Shown here: positions 38,923-48,869 of the stretch, piece after piece
How the letters are laid out: each line of letters opens with the position of its first letter
Position numbering within the stretch: the first letter of the stretch is position 1
Assembly (NCBI GenBank): GCA_964510885.1
Contig: CAZEDL010000007.1
Coordinates: 13,999 to 77,998 of the forward strand
Direction of reading: 5' to 3'
Origin: an uncultured Gammaproteobacteria bacterium
GTDB lineage: Bacteria > Patescibacteriota > Patescibacteriia > Magasanikbacterales > GWA2-37-8
DNA: 64,000 nucleotides
The notes under the pieces: model-generated
Databases searched by the model: none
Told to the model about the DNA's origin: nothing
What the model saw: only the letters and a program-made list of their open reading frames with translations
Made by a program: the position numbers and the translations under genes

Positions 38923-39924
38923 TTACTGATTTCCAAACTTCTCGGCCATCTCAATCAGCCGGTGCGCATACCCATATTCATTATCATACCACGCCACCAC
39001 TTTCACCAAATTTCCGCCCACCACATTCGTCAGTTTCAAATCAACCGTGGCCGAGTTGCTATTAGCAATAAAATCCGACGAAACCAATTCTTCTTCAGTA
39101 CATCCCAAAATACCTTTGAATTGAGCGCTGTTAGCAGCTGCTACGAGCGCCGCATTTACTTCTTCAATCGTCACATCTTTTTTAAGCACTGCCGTAATAT
39201 CAGATAGCGACACCGTTGGCACCGGCACCCGGAAGGCGACACCATCAAACTTCCCCTTGAGCGACGGAATCGCTTCGGTGGTAGCAATCGCTGCTCCGGT
39301 CGTCGTCGGCGTAATATTCTCGGCCGCCGCCCGCGCCCGGCGCAAATCTTTGTGAGGCCCATCTTGAATATTTTGATCAGCCGTATACCCATGCACCGTG
39401 GTCATCATCGCCTTTTCAATCCCAAATGATTCTTCAAGCACCGCCATCACCGGCGAAATACAATTGGTGGTGCACGACGCGTTATTAATAACCGTCGACG
39501 ATTCTGTCTTAAGATCATCCGAATTCACGCCAAGAACGTACGTCGGCACGCCGCCTTTGGCGGGCGCGCTCACCACCACTTTCTTAGCACCAGCTTTAAT
39601 GTGCATCTCCGCTCCTTCCTTAGTCGTAAAGCGGCCTGTGCACTCAAGAACGACATCTACCTCTAGCACACCCCACGGCAAGGCCGCCGGATCTTTTTCC
39701 GCATACACAGGAATCTTTACCCCATCCACAATTATATTTTTTTCATCATACGTCACGTCATGTTCATACGTGCCATACGAGGTATCATGCTTGAGTAAAT
39801 GTGCTAATGTCTTGGTATCCGTCAAATCATTAATCCCAACAAATGAAATATTCTTTTTTCCAAATCCAGCTCGGAAGGCCTGGCGGCCAATACGGCCAAA
39901 ACCATTAATCGCAAGATTAGTCAT
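38923..39924 (-). CDS. gap: Glyceraldehyde-3-phosphate dehydrogenase type I
   Basis: INGFGRIGR, NASCTTNC, WYDNEYGY. Confidence 0.98.
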   Translation of the reverse strand: MTNLAINGFGRIGRQAFRAGFGKKNISFVGINDLTDTKTLAHLLKHDTSYGTYEHDVTYDEKNIIVDGVKIPVYAEKDPAALPWGVLEVDVVLECTGRFTTKEGAEMHIKAGAKKVVVSAPAKGGVPTYVLGVNSDDLKTESSTVINNASCTTNCISPVMAVLEESFGIEKAMMTTVHGYTADQNIQDGPHKDLRRARAAAENITPTTTGAAIATTEAIPSLKGKFDGVAFRVPVPTVSLSDITAVLKKDVTIEEVNAALVAAANSAQFKGILGCTEEELVSSDFIANSNSATVDLKLTNVVGGNLVKVVAWYDNEYGYAHRLIEMAEKFGNQ

Positions 39925-39960
39925 AAGCACACAATTAAGTGACTAGTAGGTAAGAGATAG

Positions 39961-41139
39961 TTACAGAACGCGGGCAAAAAAACACTTCAAATATTCTCCT
40001 TCGGTAAACGACACGAGCTCGGGATGATCGATGCCATGCGTATACGTTTCCAAAATCTGCACCGTTCGTCCAGCACGCGCCGCCGCTTCACTCAGCATAA
40101 ATCTGAAGTCCTGCAGGGTCACATGCGCCGAGCACGACGCCGTTACCAGAATACCGTTTTGAGGCAAAATTCGCAAGGCCATTTCGTTGATTTTTCGATA
40201 CCCATGCAAGCCTTCCTTTACCTTGTGCCGATCTTTCACAAAGGCTGGCGGATCAAGGATAATCACGTCAAATTCGCCCACCGTTCGATCAGCCAAGTAT
40301 TCCTTCACGTCGGCCGCGATAAACTCGGCTTTCGCAGCAGGCAACTTATTCAACTTCACATTCGCCTCGGCCATTTCAAGGGCCGGCACCGACGCATCTA
40401 CACTCACGACCGACTCGGCTCCCGCTGCCAAAGCATACACACTAAATCCACCTGTATACGAAAAACAATTCAACACTTTTTTCCCATTCACATATTTTGT
40501 CAGCGTCTGCCGCTTATCTCGTTGATCCAAAAAGAAACCGGTCTTTTGGCCTTGCTTTACATCAACCAAAAACTGCCACCCATTTTCCAGAATGGTAATC
40601 TGATCCGGAACTTCCCCATACAGTACCCCGGTGACTTCGATCGGCGCGCGCTCTTTACGCTCTCGCACATCCGAACGCTCGTAAATCCCTTTAGGTTTTA
40701 CGGCTGTCGCCAGTGCTTCAACAATTTCTTTTTTCCACTTCGCAATCCCCGCCGTGTGACACTGCACTACTAAGTAATCAGCATACTTATCTACTATTAA
40801 ACCAGGAAGCCAATCGTTCTCCGCGTGCACCAATCGATAAGCGTTCGTCGCTTTTGACACTACCAACTCTTGGCGCAAATCGTACGCAGCCTGAATTCGT
40901 TTTTTAAAAAAATCAACATTAACTTCTTCATTGTCAACAAAGCCCCACAACCGGACCGCCATCTGGGAGTATGAATTAAAGTACCCAGCCGCCAAAAAGC
41001 TACCATTTTCATCCACCAACCGCACCGGCTCCCCGCTCATCAAGCCTTCGGGAATAGCCTGCAACGCCCCCGAAAACACCCACGGATGTCGCCCCCGAAT
41101 CGGCCCCAGCCGCTGCGTTTTGACAGTTAATGCAACCAT
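39961..41139 (-). CDS. rlmI: RlmI-family rRNA m5C methyltransferase
   Basis: N-terminal PUA domain (HPWVFSG), GQKTGFFLDQR, LNCFSYTGGF, ILDPPAF. Confidence 0.88.
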   Translation of the reverse strand: MVALTVKTQRLGPIRGRHPWVFSGALQAIPEGLMSGEPVRLVDENGSFLAAGYFNSYSQMAVRLWGFVDNEEVNVDFFKKRIQAAYDLRQELVVSKATNAYRLVHAENDWLPGLIVDKYADYLVVQCHTAGIAKWKKEIVEALATAVKPKGIYERSDVRERKERAPIEVTGVLYGEVPDQITILENGWQFLVDVKQGQKTGFFLDQRDKRQTLTKYVNGKKVLNCFSYTGGFSVYALAAGAESVVSVDASVPALEMAEANVKLNKLPAAKAEFIAADVKEYLADRTVGEFDVIILDPPAFVKDRHKVKEGLHGYRKINEMALRILPQNGILVTASCSAHVTLQDFRFMLSEAAARAGRTVQILETYTHGIDHPELVSFTEGEYLKCFFARVL

Positions 41140-41200
41140 AATAAATAAAGTAAAGGTAAGGCATAAATCTTAACATAGATAAAAATATTGGTCCAAATGG

Positions 41201-41229
41201 TTGACAAAAGAACCTTTTTTTGCTATAAC
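41201..41229 (+). promoter_or_regulatory. Sigma70 promoter of the lipoprotein insert
   Basis: TTGACA-17 nt-TATAAC with extended TG. Confidence 0.75.
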
Positions 41230-41353
41230 TTCGTCAAAATAACTTTACAAAATTAGACAATTACTCATCTCAACCAGCCAAGCCGTTAAACCAATACCGA
41301 CTCGGCTGGTGGAGCAATCTCGCTTCTACCAGACCGCTACCAAGGAGGTAGTC

Positions 41354-41893
41354 ATGATCCGACAGAACGCACGCACGATCGCCACCCTCAGCATCGCCCT
41401 CGGCCTCACAGGATGCGGGGCTGATGCACCCGGCGGGGGCGGCAACACCTGCACCGACTTCGACGTGAGCGTCGACTCGACGAGCCCGAGCGGCACGGTC
41501 ACGGCCGGACAGCAGGCGGACGTGATCCACTTCAACGTGAAGGGCTGCACGGGCTTCACCCTGATGAACCTCTTCACCTGGGCTTCCGGGAACAGCTCCC
41601 CCTACCTGGACGGAGTCCCCTACCAGGTGATCGGTCTCAGCGACGGCATGATCTACCAGAACTGGCAGACCGCGAACGGAGCGGCCCACCTGGGCGCCGC
41701 GGACGACACCAACTACGTGGCCCTCTCCACCGGGTCGGTCTACAAGCTGGTGCTGGGCCTGCCGGCGGGCCTGCCCTCTGGTACCACGATGCAGTGGCAC
41801 CCCGCCGGCTTCCACTACAAGGACACCGACGGCATGACCCACGACGGCAGCGCACCGCCCACCGCGGTCGGCAACACGCTGACGATCAAGTAG
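41354..41893 (+). CDS. GC-rich orphan lipoprotein (beta-rich)
   Basis: AAGGAGG SD, signal peptide with lipobox LTGC, almost all codons end in G/C, followed by a GGCTGACCAGCG..CGCTGGCCAGCC hairpin. Confidence 0.8.
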   Translation: MIRQNARTIATLSIALGLTGCGADAPGGGGNTCTDFDVSVDSTSPSGTVTAGQQADVIHFNVKGCTGFTLMNLFTWASGNSSPYLDGVPYQVIGLSDGMIYQNWQTANGAAHLGAADDTNYVALSTGSVYKLVLGLPAGLPSGTTMQWHPAGFHYKDTDGMTHDGSAPPTAVGNTLTIK

Positions 41894-41996
41894 TCGCGGT
41901 CCAAAGCGCCGCGATGAGCAAGGGCTGACCAGCGCCGTTCGCTGGCCAGCCCGCCTTTCTCTAAAATCATAAACAACGACTTACGATTTGAGAGAA

Positions 41997-42028
41997 TAAA
42001 AAAATTCCGGCTTAACCGGAATTTTTTT
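41997..42028. terminator. Bidirectional intrinsic terminator
   Basis: AAAAAATTCCGG-CTTAA-CCGGAATTTTTT. Confidence 0.85.
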
Positions 42029-42038
42029 ATTGCATTTT

Positions 42039-42680
42039 TTACAACTGCGCGTTCACCTCATCCGCAAAATTCACTGATTTCTTTTCAATCCCCTCACCCA
42101 GTTCATAGCGTACAAACCGGCGAATACTAATCTTCTCACCAATCTCGGCTGTCTTTTCTACCAAGAGCTGCTGAATTTTTTTACTATCATCTTTGATATA
42201 CAGCTGCTCGAGCAAACAAATTTCTTCGTAAAATTTGTCGATTTTACCTTTCAGAATATTTTCAATAATATTGGCTGGTTTGCCCTGGGACTTCAGCTGA
42301 TCAGCATATATCTCTTTTTCTTTTTCAACGAGTTCGGCTGGCACTGATTCGCGATCCAAATATTTCGGATTAGCGGCCGAGATATGCAAACAAATTTCTT
42401 TGACTAAATCTTTGAATGCATCCGTGCGGGCCACAAAATCAGTTTCGGAATTCACTTCGACCAAGACACCAATGCGCCCGCCGCCGTGAATATAACTCGC
42501 CACCATGCCTTCGCTGGCGACGCGATCTGCCTTTTTGGCAGCTTTTACAATCCCTTTTTTGCGCAAAATTTCACTGGCTTTGTCTACGTCGCCACCAGCT
42601 TCTTCAAGCGCGTTTTTGCAATCCATCATGCCGGCGCCAGTCGCGGCGCGCAGCTTAGCAATGTCGGCTGCTGTTGCCAT
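42039..42680 (-). CDS. tsf: Elongation factor Ts (short form)
   Basis: LRAATGAGMMDCK, EVNSETDFVA, RRFVRYELGE. Confidence 0.97.
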   Translation of the reverse strand: MATAADIAKLRAATGAGMMDCKNALEEAGGDVDKASEILRKKGIVKAAKKADRVASEGMVASYIHGGGRIGVLVEVNSETDFVARTDAFKDLVKEICLHISAANPKYLDRESVPAELVEKEKEIYADQLKSQGKPANIIENILKGKIDKFYEEICLLEQLYIKDDSKKIQQLLVEKTAEIGEKISIRRFVRYELGEGIEKKSVNFADEVNAQL

Positions 42681-42790
42681 ATAGTTGTAATTAGAAGTTG
42701 AGTAAATTAGGTAAAAATATAATCAGATACCCTGATTATAAAATACCTGAGTAAAAATCTCAATTGTCGTAGTATCAGGCGGGTCAATAG

Positions 42791-42874
42791 ACTGTCATCC
42801 CCGCGTAGGCGGGGATGACAGTCACAGACAACTGGAGAAACCATTCTAGATTCCCGCTTTCGCGGGAATGACAA
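42791..42874. repeat. Two REP-like palindromes between rpsB and tsf
   Basis: ACTGTCATCCCCGCGTAGGCGGGGATGACAGT; AGATTCCCGCTTTCGCGGGAATGACAA. Confidence 0.8.
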
Positions 42875-42895
42875 TTGGATTAATTGGGGAAGCAA

Positions 42896-43744
42896 CTAGA
42901 CGCTTTCCGAAACTTTCAACGCGCGTTTTTCTTTTTTCGGCGCAGATTTTTCTGCCGATTTTTCTTTGACTGGAGCATCACTCATCAGTGGCATAGCCGC
43001 TTTAGCCGGCATCTCTTTCATTTGCTGAACTGGAGCTTCAGCTTTAATCTTGGCCGCAATCTCTTTACCTTCAATCACCGCATCAGCCATGAGATTGGCC
43101 ATCATTTGAATCGAATTTACCGCATCATCATTAGCTGGAATGATATAGGTGGCTTTAGTCGGGTCCACATTAGTATCACAGACAGCGACAACTGGCACAC
43201 CCACGCGGCGAGCTTCGGTCACTGCCGTTTTTTCAACACGCAGGTCGGCAATAAACAACGCATCTGGAATGCCATTGATACCGATAAGACCGCTCAGGTA
43301 CTTATCCATCTTGGTCAATTGTTTTTTGAACGTTGATTGTTCTTTTTTGGTATATTTTTCAATTTCACCCGTGGCTACCTGATCACGCAGCATCTTATAT
43401 TTCTTCAACCGGCGCTGGCATTCTTCAAAGTTGGTCAGGAGACCACCAATCCAGCGTTCTACCAAAAACGGCATACCGGCGCGTTCAGCCGCGGCTTTAA
43501 TAATACTGCGGGCCTGGCGCTTGGTGCCAACAAATAAAATCACTTTGCCCTGACTAGCCATGGTTTTCACAGCGGCCAAGGTTTTTTCTAATTCTTCGGT
43601 CGTTTTGTCTAAATCAATGACGTGGATACCATTTTTGGTTCCAAAAATATATGGCTGCATTTTAGGATGCCATTTGGATCCCTGGTGGCCGAAATGCACG
43701 CCGGCCTTAAGCATCTCAAGTAGAGACGGTAACTGTTGTGACAT
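42896..43744 (-). CDS. rpsB: 30S ribosomal protein S2
   Basis: AGVHFGH, FVGTK, RWIGGLLTN, DTNVDP, PANDD. Confidence 0.98.
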   Translation of the reverse strand: MSQQLPSLLEMLKAGVHFGHQGSKWHPKMQPYIFGTKNGIHVIDLDKTTEELEKTLAAVKTMASQGKVILFVGTKRQARSIIKAAAERAGMPFLVERWIGGLLTNFEECQRRLKKYKMLRDQVATGEIEKYTKKEQSTFKKQLTKMDKYLSGLIGINGIPDALFIADLRVEKTAVTEARRVGVPVVAVCDTNVDPTKATYIIPANDDAVNSIQMMANLMADAVIEGKEIAAKIKAEAPVQQMKEMPAKAAMPLMSDAPVKEKSAEKSAPKKEKRALKVSESV

Positions 43745-43749
43745 AGGTT

Positions 43750-43830
43750 GTGTCCTTATTACTTCCTCTCAGCCTAACCCCGCGAGTGGTCGCAGGGAGG
43801 ATACAAACGGGCTGATGAGTGATAAATAAT
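43750..43830 (-). promoter_or_regulatory. Putative S2 (rpsB) leader RNA
   Basis: Minus strand CTCATCAGCC..CCCTGCGA-CCAC-TCGCGGGG..GGCTGAGAGG nested stems in the rpsB 5' UTR. Confidence 0.5.
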
Positions 43831-43962
43831 ACTGCCTAAAGGGCAGTTATAACCCCCGGAGTATATAAGATTAGCCAAAATAAGTCAAGTAGAGGATTGA
43901 CTTATTCAATGGATATGATAAGGTGCGCTGTCCAGAATCTGGACACAGAGGAAAAAAATAAG

Positions 43963-44661
43963 ATGAAGATGGTTAAAATTTTTTTTCCGGGCTATGCCCA
44001 CGACGACACTGCTCACTTTCAACTTCAAGATCGGGCAATCCATTACCGATCAAAAAGTTGGTTGGGCTGGCAAACCCTTGGCAATAAAGCCGAGGTGAGC
44101 GCTCGACTCCTCCACGGAATATTGAATAACCTAGCAGACGATCAGGGTGTGGAAGTTGTAGCCCACTCGCTCGGCTGCCTAATAGCCGTGTGGGCGATCA
44201 CCCTCCTGCCTGCAGACAAGCGCAAACAGATCACCCAGCTCACCCTAGTAGCACCCACCGGCTTCTGTAATCGCCGACGGTTCCTGACCTTCTGGTTCCT
44301 GTTCATCCTGGTCGGCTGGCGCGGACATCTAGCCGCCCTCCTAGGGCTCTTGTTCCCAAAACACGGTGCCCTGGTGCCGCCTTCGGTAGCAACGCGCCTG
44401 TATGGGCACCGGCATGAAACCGGAGAAATAGTCCACGACTCGTCTGTTGCATTTCTCCAGCTGGTGCTCGGGCTCTACCCGAATGCCTTGGCCAGACTGT
44501 TGGCTCAGGGCTTCGACCGGGACAAAATTACCATGGTCGGTGGGACGCACGATGCCTGCGTGAATGCCCAGTGGGTCCACGACGAAGCCGCCACGGCTGA
44601 GACGAGTTACCACGAGCTGCCAGTCGCCCACTGCGGCCACCCCACCACCTTCCCCTACTGA
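43963..44661 (+). CDS. Divergent alpha/beta hydrolase
   Basis: FFPGY, AHSLG nucleophile, LTLVAP, GGTHD, C-terminal AHCGH. Confidence 0.75.
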   Translation: MKMVKIFFPGYAHDDTAHFQLQDRAIHYRSKSWLGWQTLGNKAEVSARLLHGILNNLADDQGVEVVAHSLGCLIAVWAITLLPADKRKQITQLTLVAPTGFCNRRRFLTFWFLFILVGWRGHLAALLGLLFPKHGALVPPSVATRLYGHRHETGEIVHDSSVAFLQLVLGLYPNALARLLAQGFDRDKITMVGGTHDACVNAQWVHDEAATAETSYHELPVAHCGHPTTFPY

Positions 44662-44761
44662 GGCCAACCCTCAATTCCTCACGAGACCCTGCTCTCGCTT
44701 CCCCCACTGCCCCAATACTATTGAGACAGTGCAAGGAGACCAATTTCGAGAGCAGATAAAA

Positions 44762-44799
44762 AATAAAATCGATCCCTCACATAGGGGATCGATTTTATT
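44762..44799. terminator. Intrinsic terminator-like hairpin
   Basis: AATAAAATCGATCCC..GGGATCGATTTTATT. Confidence 0.7.
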
Positions 44800-44888
44800 A
44801 ATCAATAAACCGCAGTCCTATACAAAAACTTATTTTTGTATAGAATATATTTACCAGAAATTTTTCTGGCAACTCCAGGAGTTTGATA

Positions 44889-45134
44889 ATGTTACGTAAA
44901 ATTGTCAGTTCGTTTATAATGATCTGTCTGTGCATGGGAGGTTCGAATAACGACATCCCAAGCGCCGGCGGGCAGAACGCACAAGCCTGCATGTGCATCT
45001 GCAAACCCGGCTGTGACACAGGAGAATACTGTGTGCAGAAGGGCTGCAGCTGTAGCTGCAAAAAAATCCCTACTCCTCCTAACGAGCCGCTGCCGGCACC
45101 CGAAAGTAAACCGGTGTGCGAGACACAGAAGTAG
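44889..45134 (+). CDS. Small Cys-rich secreted protein
   Basis: AGGAG SD; hydrophobic N-terminus; CxCxC-x3-C-x5-C-x4-CxCxC core; Pro-rich tail. Confidence 0.65.
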   Translation: MLRKIVSSFIMICLCMGGSNNDIPSAGGQNAQACMCICKPGCDTGEYCVQKGCSCSCKKIPTPPNEPLPAPESKPVCETQK

Positions 45135-45283
45135 GACTGCATCGGGCCCGGCAGCCAGCTGGTTGCCGGGCCCCCTTCTCTTTATTATAGAGGCCGATGC
45201 TTGCCCAGCTAACTCTTTTAGAGTAAACTAACCACGCCTGACCAGGCGTTTCTTTAATTGCAGAAGCCACCCATTTTTACCAT

Positions 45284-47359
45284 ATGACCGAAAAAAACTC
45301 CTCCGCAGATTCCACCTATAGCGCCAAAAACATTACCGTTCTCGAAGGCCTTGAGGCCGTCCGCCGCCGACCCGGCATGTATATCGGCTCCACCGGCAGT
45401 GTTGGCTTGCACCACCTGATTTGGGAAGTCGTCGATAACTCTATCGACGAAGCCATGGCCGGCTACGCCAGCAAAATTTACATCACCCTTCTCCCCGACC
45501 ACACCGTGGAAGTGCGCGACAATGGCCGCGGCATCCCGGTGGATATCCATCCGCAGAAAAAAATCAGCGCCCTCGAAATTGTCATGACCGTACTCCACGC
45601 CGGTGGCAAATTTGGCGACGGCGGCTATAAAATCTCGGGTGGTCTGCATGGCGTCGGCGCCTCGGTGGTAAACGCCCTGTCTAAACATATGAAAGCCGTG
45701 GTGCATCGCGACGGCGAAATTTGGGAACAAGAATATAAAATCGGCGTCCCAGTGAAAAAAGTACGGAGCATCGGCAAATGCAAAGACACAGGCACCACCA
45801 CCACCTTCCGCCCCGACGATACCATTTTTGAAACCGTAAACTTTGAATGGAAAACCATTATCGATCACCTGCGCCAGCACTGCTACCTCACCAAAGGCAT
45901 CCACATGATCATCAGCGATCAGCGCAGCGCCGAAGAAAAAAAAGCAGATTCGACCGCCCTTGATTTCCCCAACCCAACCTACCAATTCTATTTCGAAGGC
46001 GGCGTCGGTTCATACGTCAAATACCTGAATCACAACAAAGAAGCCAAACACGACAATGTTTTTTATATCGAAAAAGAAGCCGAAGGCGTGCATGTCGAAG
46101 TGGCACTCCAATACAACAACGATTTTTCCGAACTGCTCTACGCCTTCACCAATAATATCTACAACCCAGATGGCGGCACCCACGTAGCCGGCTTCCGCAC
46201 CGCCCTCACCCGCAGTCTCAACACCTATGGTCGCAATAAAGGTTTCCTCAAAGAAAAAGATGCCAACCTGAGCGGTGAAGATGCGCGCGAAGGATTGACC
46301 GCAGTTGTCTCAATCAAAATCCGCGAGCCGCAATTCGAAGGTCAGACCAAAGGCAAGCTCGGCAACACCGAAGCCAAAACTGCCGTGGAAACCGTGCTCG
46401 GCGATGCCCTCTTGGTCTACCTCGAAGAACACCCCAAAGACGCCGAAGCCATCATCGGCAAATGTTTGCTCGCTGCCCGCGCTCGCGCCGCTGCCAAAAT
46501 TGCCCGCGATACTATTTTGCGTAAAGGCGCCCTCGAAGGCTTCACCCTCCCTGGAAAACTCGCCGATTGCTCCAGCAAAAATGCCGAAGATTCAGAATTA
46601 TTCATTGTCGAAGGAGACTCGGCCGGTGGCTCTGCCAAACAAGGCCGCGATCGCCACACCCAGGCCATTCTCCCGCTACGCGGTAAAGTATTGAACGTCG
46701 AGCGCGCGCGCCTTGATAAAATTCTTGGCAACAACGAACTCAAATCGCTCATCATCGCCCTCGGCACCAACATCGGTGAACAATTTGATATCACCAAACT
46801 CCGCTATCACCGCATCGTCATCATGACCGATGCCGACGTTGACGGCGCCCATATCCGCACCCTGCTCCTCACTTTCTTCTACCGCTACTTCCCCGACCTC
46901 ATCAACCAAAGCCATGTCTATATTGCGCAGCCCCCACTCTACAGCCTCAAGTATGGCAAAGAAATGAAGTACGCCTACAACGACCAAGAAAAAGCCGAAG
47001 TCCTGTCTGACATCGAAAAAACCAAAGCTGAAAAAACCGCTGCCAAAGTTGAAAAATCTAAAGCCGCTGCCGCGGAGGCCGGTGAAGACATTGCTACCGA
47101 AGCTGGCGACGACACCGAATCACTCGTCATTGGTGGGGTCAAAGTAAATATTCAGCGCTATAAAGGTTTAGGAGAAATGAACCCCGAACAGCTCTGGGAA
47201 ACCACCATGGATCCCACCCGCCGCCTGATGAAACTAGTCACGGTCGAAGACGCCGCGGTTGCCAACGAAACCTTCGAAATCTTGATGGGCGACGAAGTCG
47301 AGCCCCGCAAAAAATTCATCCAGACGCATGCTAAGCAGGTGCAGAATTTAGATATTTAA
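45284..47359 (+). CDS. gyrB: DNA gyrase subunit B
   Basis: EAVRRRPGMYIG, DNGRGIP, LHAGGKF, EGDSAGG, TDADVDG, QRYKGLGEM. Confidence 0.97.
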   Translation: MTEKNSSADSTYSAKNITVLEGLEAVRRRPGMYIGSTGSVGLHHLIWEVVDNSIDEAMAGYASKIYITLLPDHTVEVRDNGRGIPVDIHPQKKISALEIVMTVLHAGGKFGDGGYKISGGLHGVGASVVNALSKHMKAVVHRDGEIWEQEYKIGVPVKKVRSIGKCKDTGTTTTFRPDDTIFETVNFEWKTIIDHLRQHCYLTKGIHMIISDQRSAEEKKADSTALDFPNPTYQFYFEGGVGSYVKYLNHNKEAKHDNVFYIEKEAEGVHVEVALQYNNDFSELLYAFTNNIYNPDGGTHVAGFRTALTRSLNTYGRNKGFLKEKDANLSGEDAREGLTAVVSIKIREPQFEGQTKGKLGNTEAKTAVETVLGDALLVYLEEHPKDAEAIIGKCLLAARARAAAKIARDTILRKGALEGFTLPGKLADCSSKNAEDSELFIVEGDSAGGSAKQGRDRHTQAILPLRGKVLNVERARLDKILGNNELKSLIIALGTNIGEQFDITKLRYHRIVIMTDADVDGAHIRTLLLTFFYRYFPDLINQSHVYIAQPPLYSLKYGKEMKYAYNDQEKAEVLSDIEKTKAEKTAAKVEKSKAAAAEAGEDIATEAGDDTESLVIGGVKVNIQRYKGLGEMNPEQLWETTMDPTRRLMKLVTVEDAAVANETFEILMGDEVEPRKKFIQTHAKQVQNLDI

Positions 47360-47362
47360 GCT

Positions 47363-47788
47363 ATGAGTGAAAATCCAACCCAATATGAACTACAAAAAAA
47401 ACAAGCCCTCACTCAAATCGTCGCCGAAACAGGTCTTAGTGGCGACTACTTTAACGAGTTCGGACAAATTTTGCAGGCTTTTTTATCACTTGATCGCACT
47501 GAAGCACTAGATTGGATTGCCGAGCTGGCCAAGACTAGTCCCCTTAAAAAATATTCAGATCGTTTTTCAAACGAAGTGTATCCCGAATTTTCGATCACCG
47601 AAAAAAATGCCGCTGCTATCGCTCGCCTCGATGACATAATCGACGAAATTAACGCGTTACTAAGGCAACCCAAGCTTGATATTGATCGCTGCCTAACTCT
47701 CTGCGCTGAAGCCGAGCTGCTTGTTTTCGGAAAAAAAGATGGACCAGGCAGGACAACAGAGGTTGCTAACTATCTTAATCAAGCCTAG
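47363..47788 (+). CDS. Hypothetical protein
   Basis: 141-aa ORF starting 3 nt after the gyrB stop. Confidence 0.65.
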   Translation: MSENPTQYELQKKQALTQIVAETGLSGDYFNEFGQILQAFLSLDRTEALDWIAELAKTSPLKKYSDRFSNEVYPEFSITEKNAAAIARLDDIIDEINALLRQPKLDIDRCLTLCAEAELLVFGKKDGPGRTTEVANYLNQA

Positions 47789-47868
47789 CCCTTGACTTTT
47801 TACGCCATCTATTATAAGATAACCCCATTACTACAGCCCACGGGCTGTTTTAAAAAACCTAAAATAAT

Positions 47869-48063
47869 ATGTCTTTTGTAGCATCTATCAAAAATTACCT
47901 AGTTGGCTCCTACGCCGAAATGAAAAAAGTCACCTGGCCGACCCGCCAGCAAACCATCAATTACAGCTTGCTCGTAATCGTTTTAAGCGTTGGATTAGCC
48001 GCTTTTTTTGCCGCCCTCGATTACGCGTTTAACTTAGGAATTACTACCTTGATTAATCGTTAA
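47869..48063 (+). CDS. secE: Preprotein translocase subunit SecE
   Basis: EMKKVTWPTR plus one TM; upstream of nusG; TTGACT-17-TAAGAT promoter at 47792. Confidence 0.95.
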   Translation: MSFVASIKNYLVGSYAEMKKVTWPTRQQTINYSLLVIVLSVGLAAFFAALDYAFNLGITTLINR

Positions 48064-48072
48064 ATTTAGTAA

Positions 48073-48153
48073 AAAGCCTAGAAGACTCGGAAGGCCAGGA
48101 AGCTTTGGAATATGACCCCTAGCCTCCCCGGCTTCCGAAGCCTCCCAAGCCTT
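48073..48153 (+). repeat. Inverted nonamer-array hairpin (4+4 units)
   Basis: aaagcctag aagactcgg aaggccagg aagctttgg - 9 nt - cctagcctc cccggcttc cgaagcctc ccaagcctt. Confidence 0.8.
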
Positions 48154-48161
48154 ACAAAACT

Positions 48162-48707
48162 ATGGCCAAACAAACACTCAACCTCGGTCGGCGCTGGTAC
48201 GTGCTCCACACCTATAGTGGGTACGAAGAAAACGTGAAGAGCAACCTCTTGCAACGCGTGGAATCGTTCGACATGCAAGACAAAATCTTCAACGTTTTAG
48301 TGCCAAAAGAAAAGAAAATCAAAATCAAAAGTGGTAAGCGCGTCAGCATCGAAGAAAAAATCTTTCCGGGCTATGTTCTCGTCGAAATGGTGGTTACCGA
48401 TGATTCCTGGTATGTAGTTCGTAACACCCCGAATGTAACTGGCTTTATCGGCTCCGGCACTACTCCGACACCAATCGACCAAAAAGAAATCGACAGCCTG
48501 TTGAAACGCGTAAACACTACCGAAGCCCAACACAAGATTGATGTTGAAACCGGCGACGTGGTCCGCATTGTGGACGGCCCGTTCAAAAACTTCGAAGGCA
48601 AAGTCAGCGCAGTGGATCAGGAACGTGGCCGCATCAAAGTCATGGTATCCATGTTTGGCCGCGAAACCCCGGTGGAGCTCGATGCTCTTCAAGTTAAAAA
48701 AGCTTAA
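48162..48707 (+). CDS. nusG: Transcription factor NusG
   Basis: WYVLHTYSGYE, FPGYVLVEM, RNTPNVTGF, KOW domain, FGRETPVEL. Confidence 0.98.
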   Translation: MAKQTLNLGRRWYVLHTYSGYEENVKSNLLQRVESFDMQDKIFNVLVPKEKKIKIKSGKRVSIEEKIFPGYVLVEMVVTDDSWYVVRNTPNVTGFIGSGTTPTPIDQKEIDSLLKRVNTTEAQHKIDVETGDVVRIVDGPFKNFEGKVSAVDQERGRIKVMVSMFGRETPVELDALQVKKA

Positions 48708-48711
48708 ATAA

Positions 48712-48788
48712 ACGGCGGGGAAGGCTCGGAAGGCCGGGGATGCTTGGAAAAACAACCCAAGCATCCCCGGCTTCCCAAGCCTCCAAGC
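48712..48788 (+). repeat. Inverted nonamer-array hairpin
   Basis: aaggctcgg aaggccggg gatgcttgg - 9 nt - ccaagcatc cccggcttc ccaagcctc. Confidence 0.8.
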
Positions 48789-48869
48789 TGAAGCAGTACT
48801 TGCTCTAACTAGAGGCTTCTCAATGTACTCCTCCCAGCTACCATCTAACACCTAACTCCTACAATTACT

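Noticed and set aside
42707-42895. 62-aa ORF (and the 182-aa ORF at 19432) containing SFPR(K/R)RES
   Set aside because: These are translations of the REP-like palindromes or antisense to real genes
45284-47359. gyrB without adjacent gyrA
   Set aside because: Split gyrA/gyrB loci are common and uninformative here
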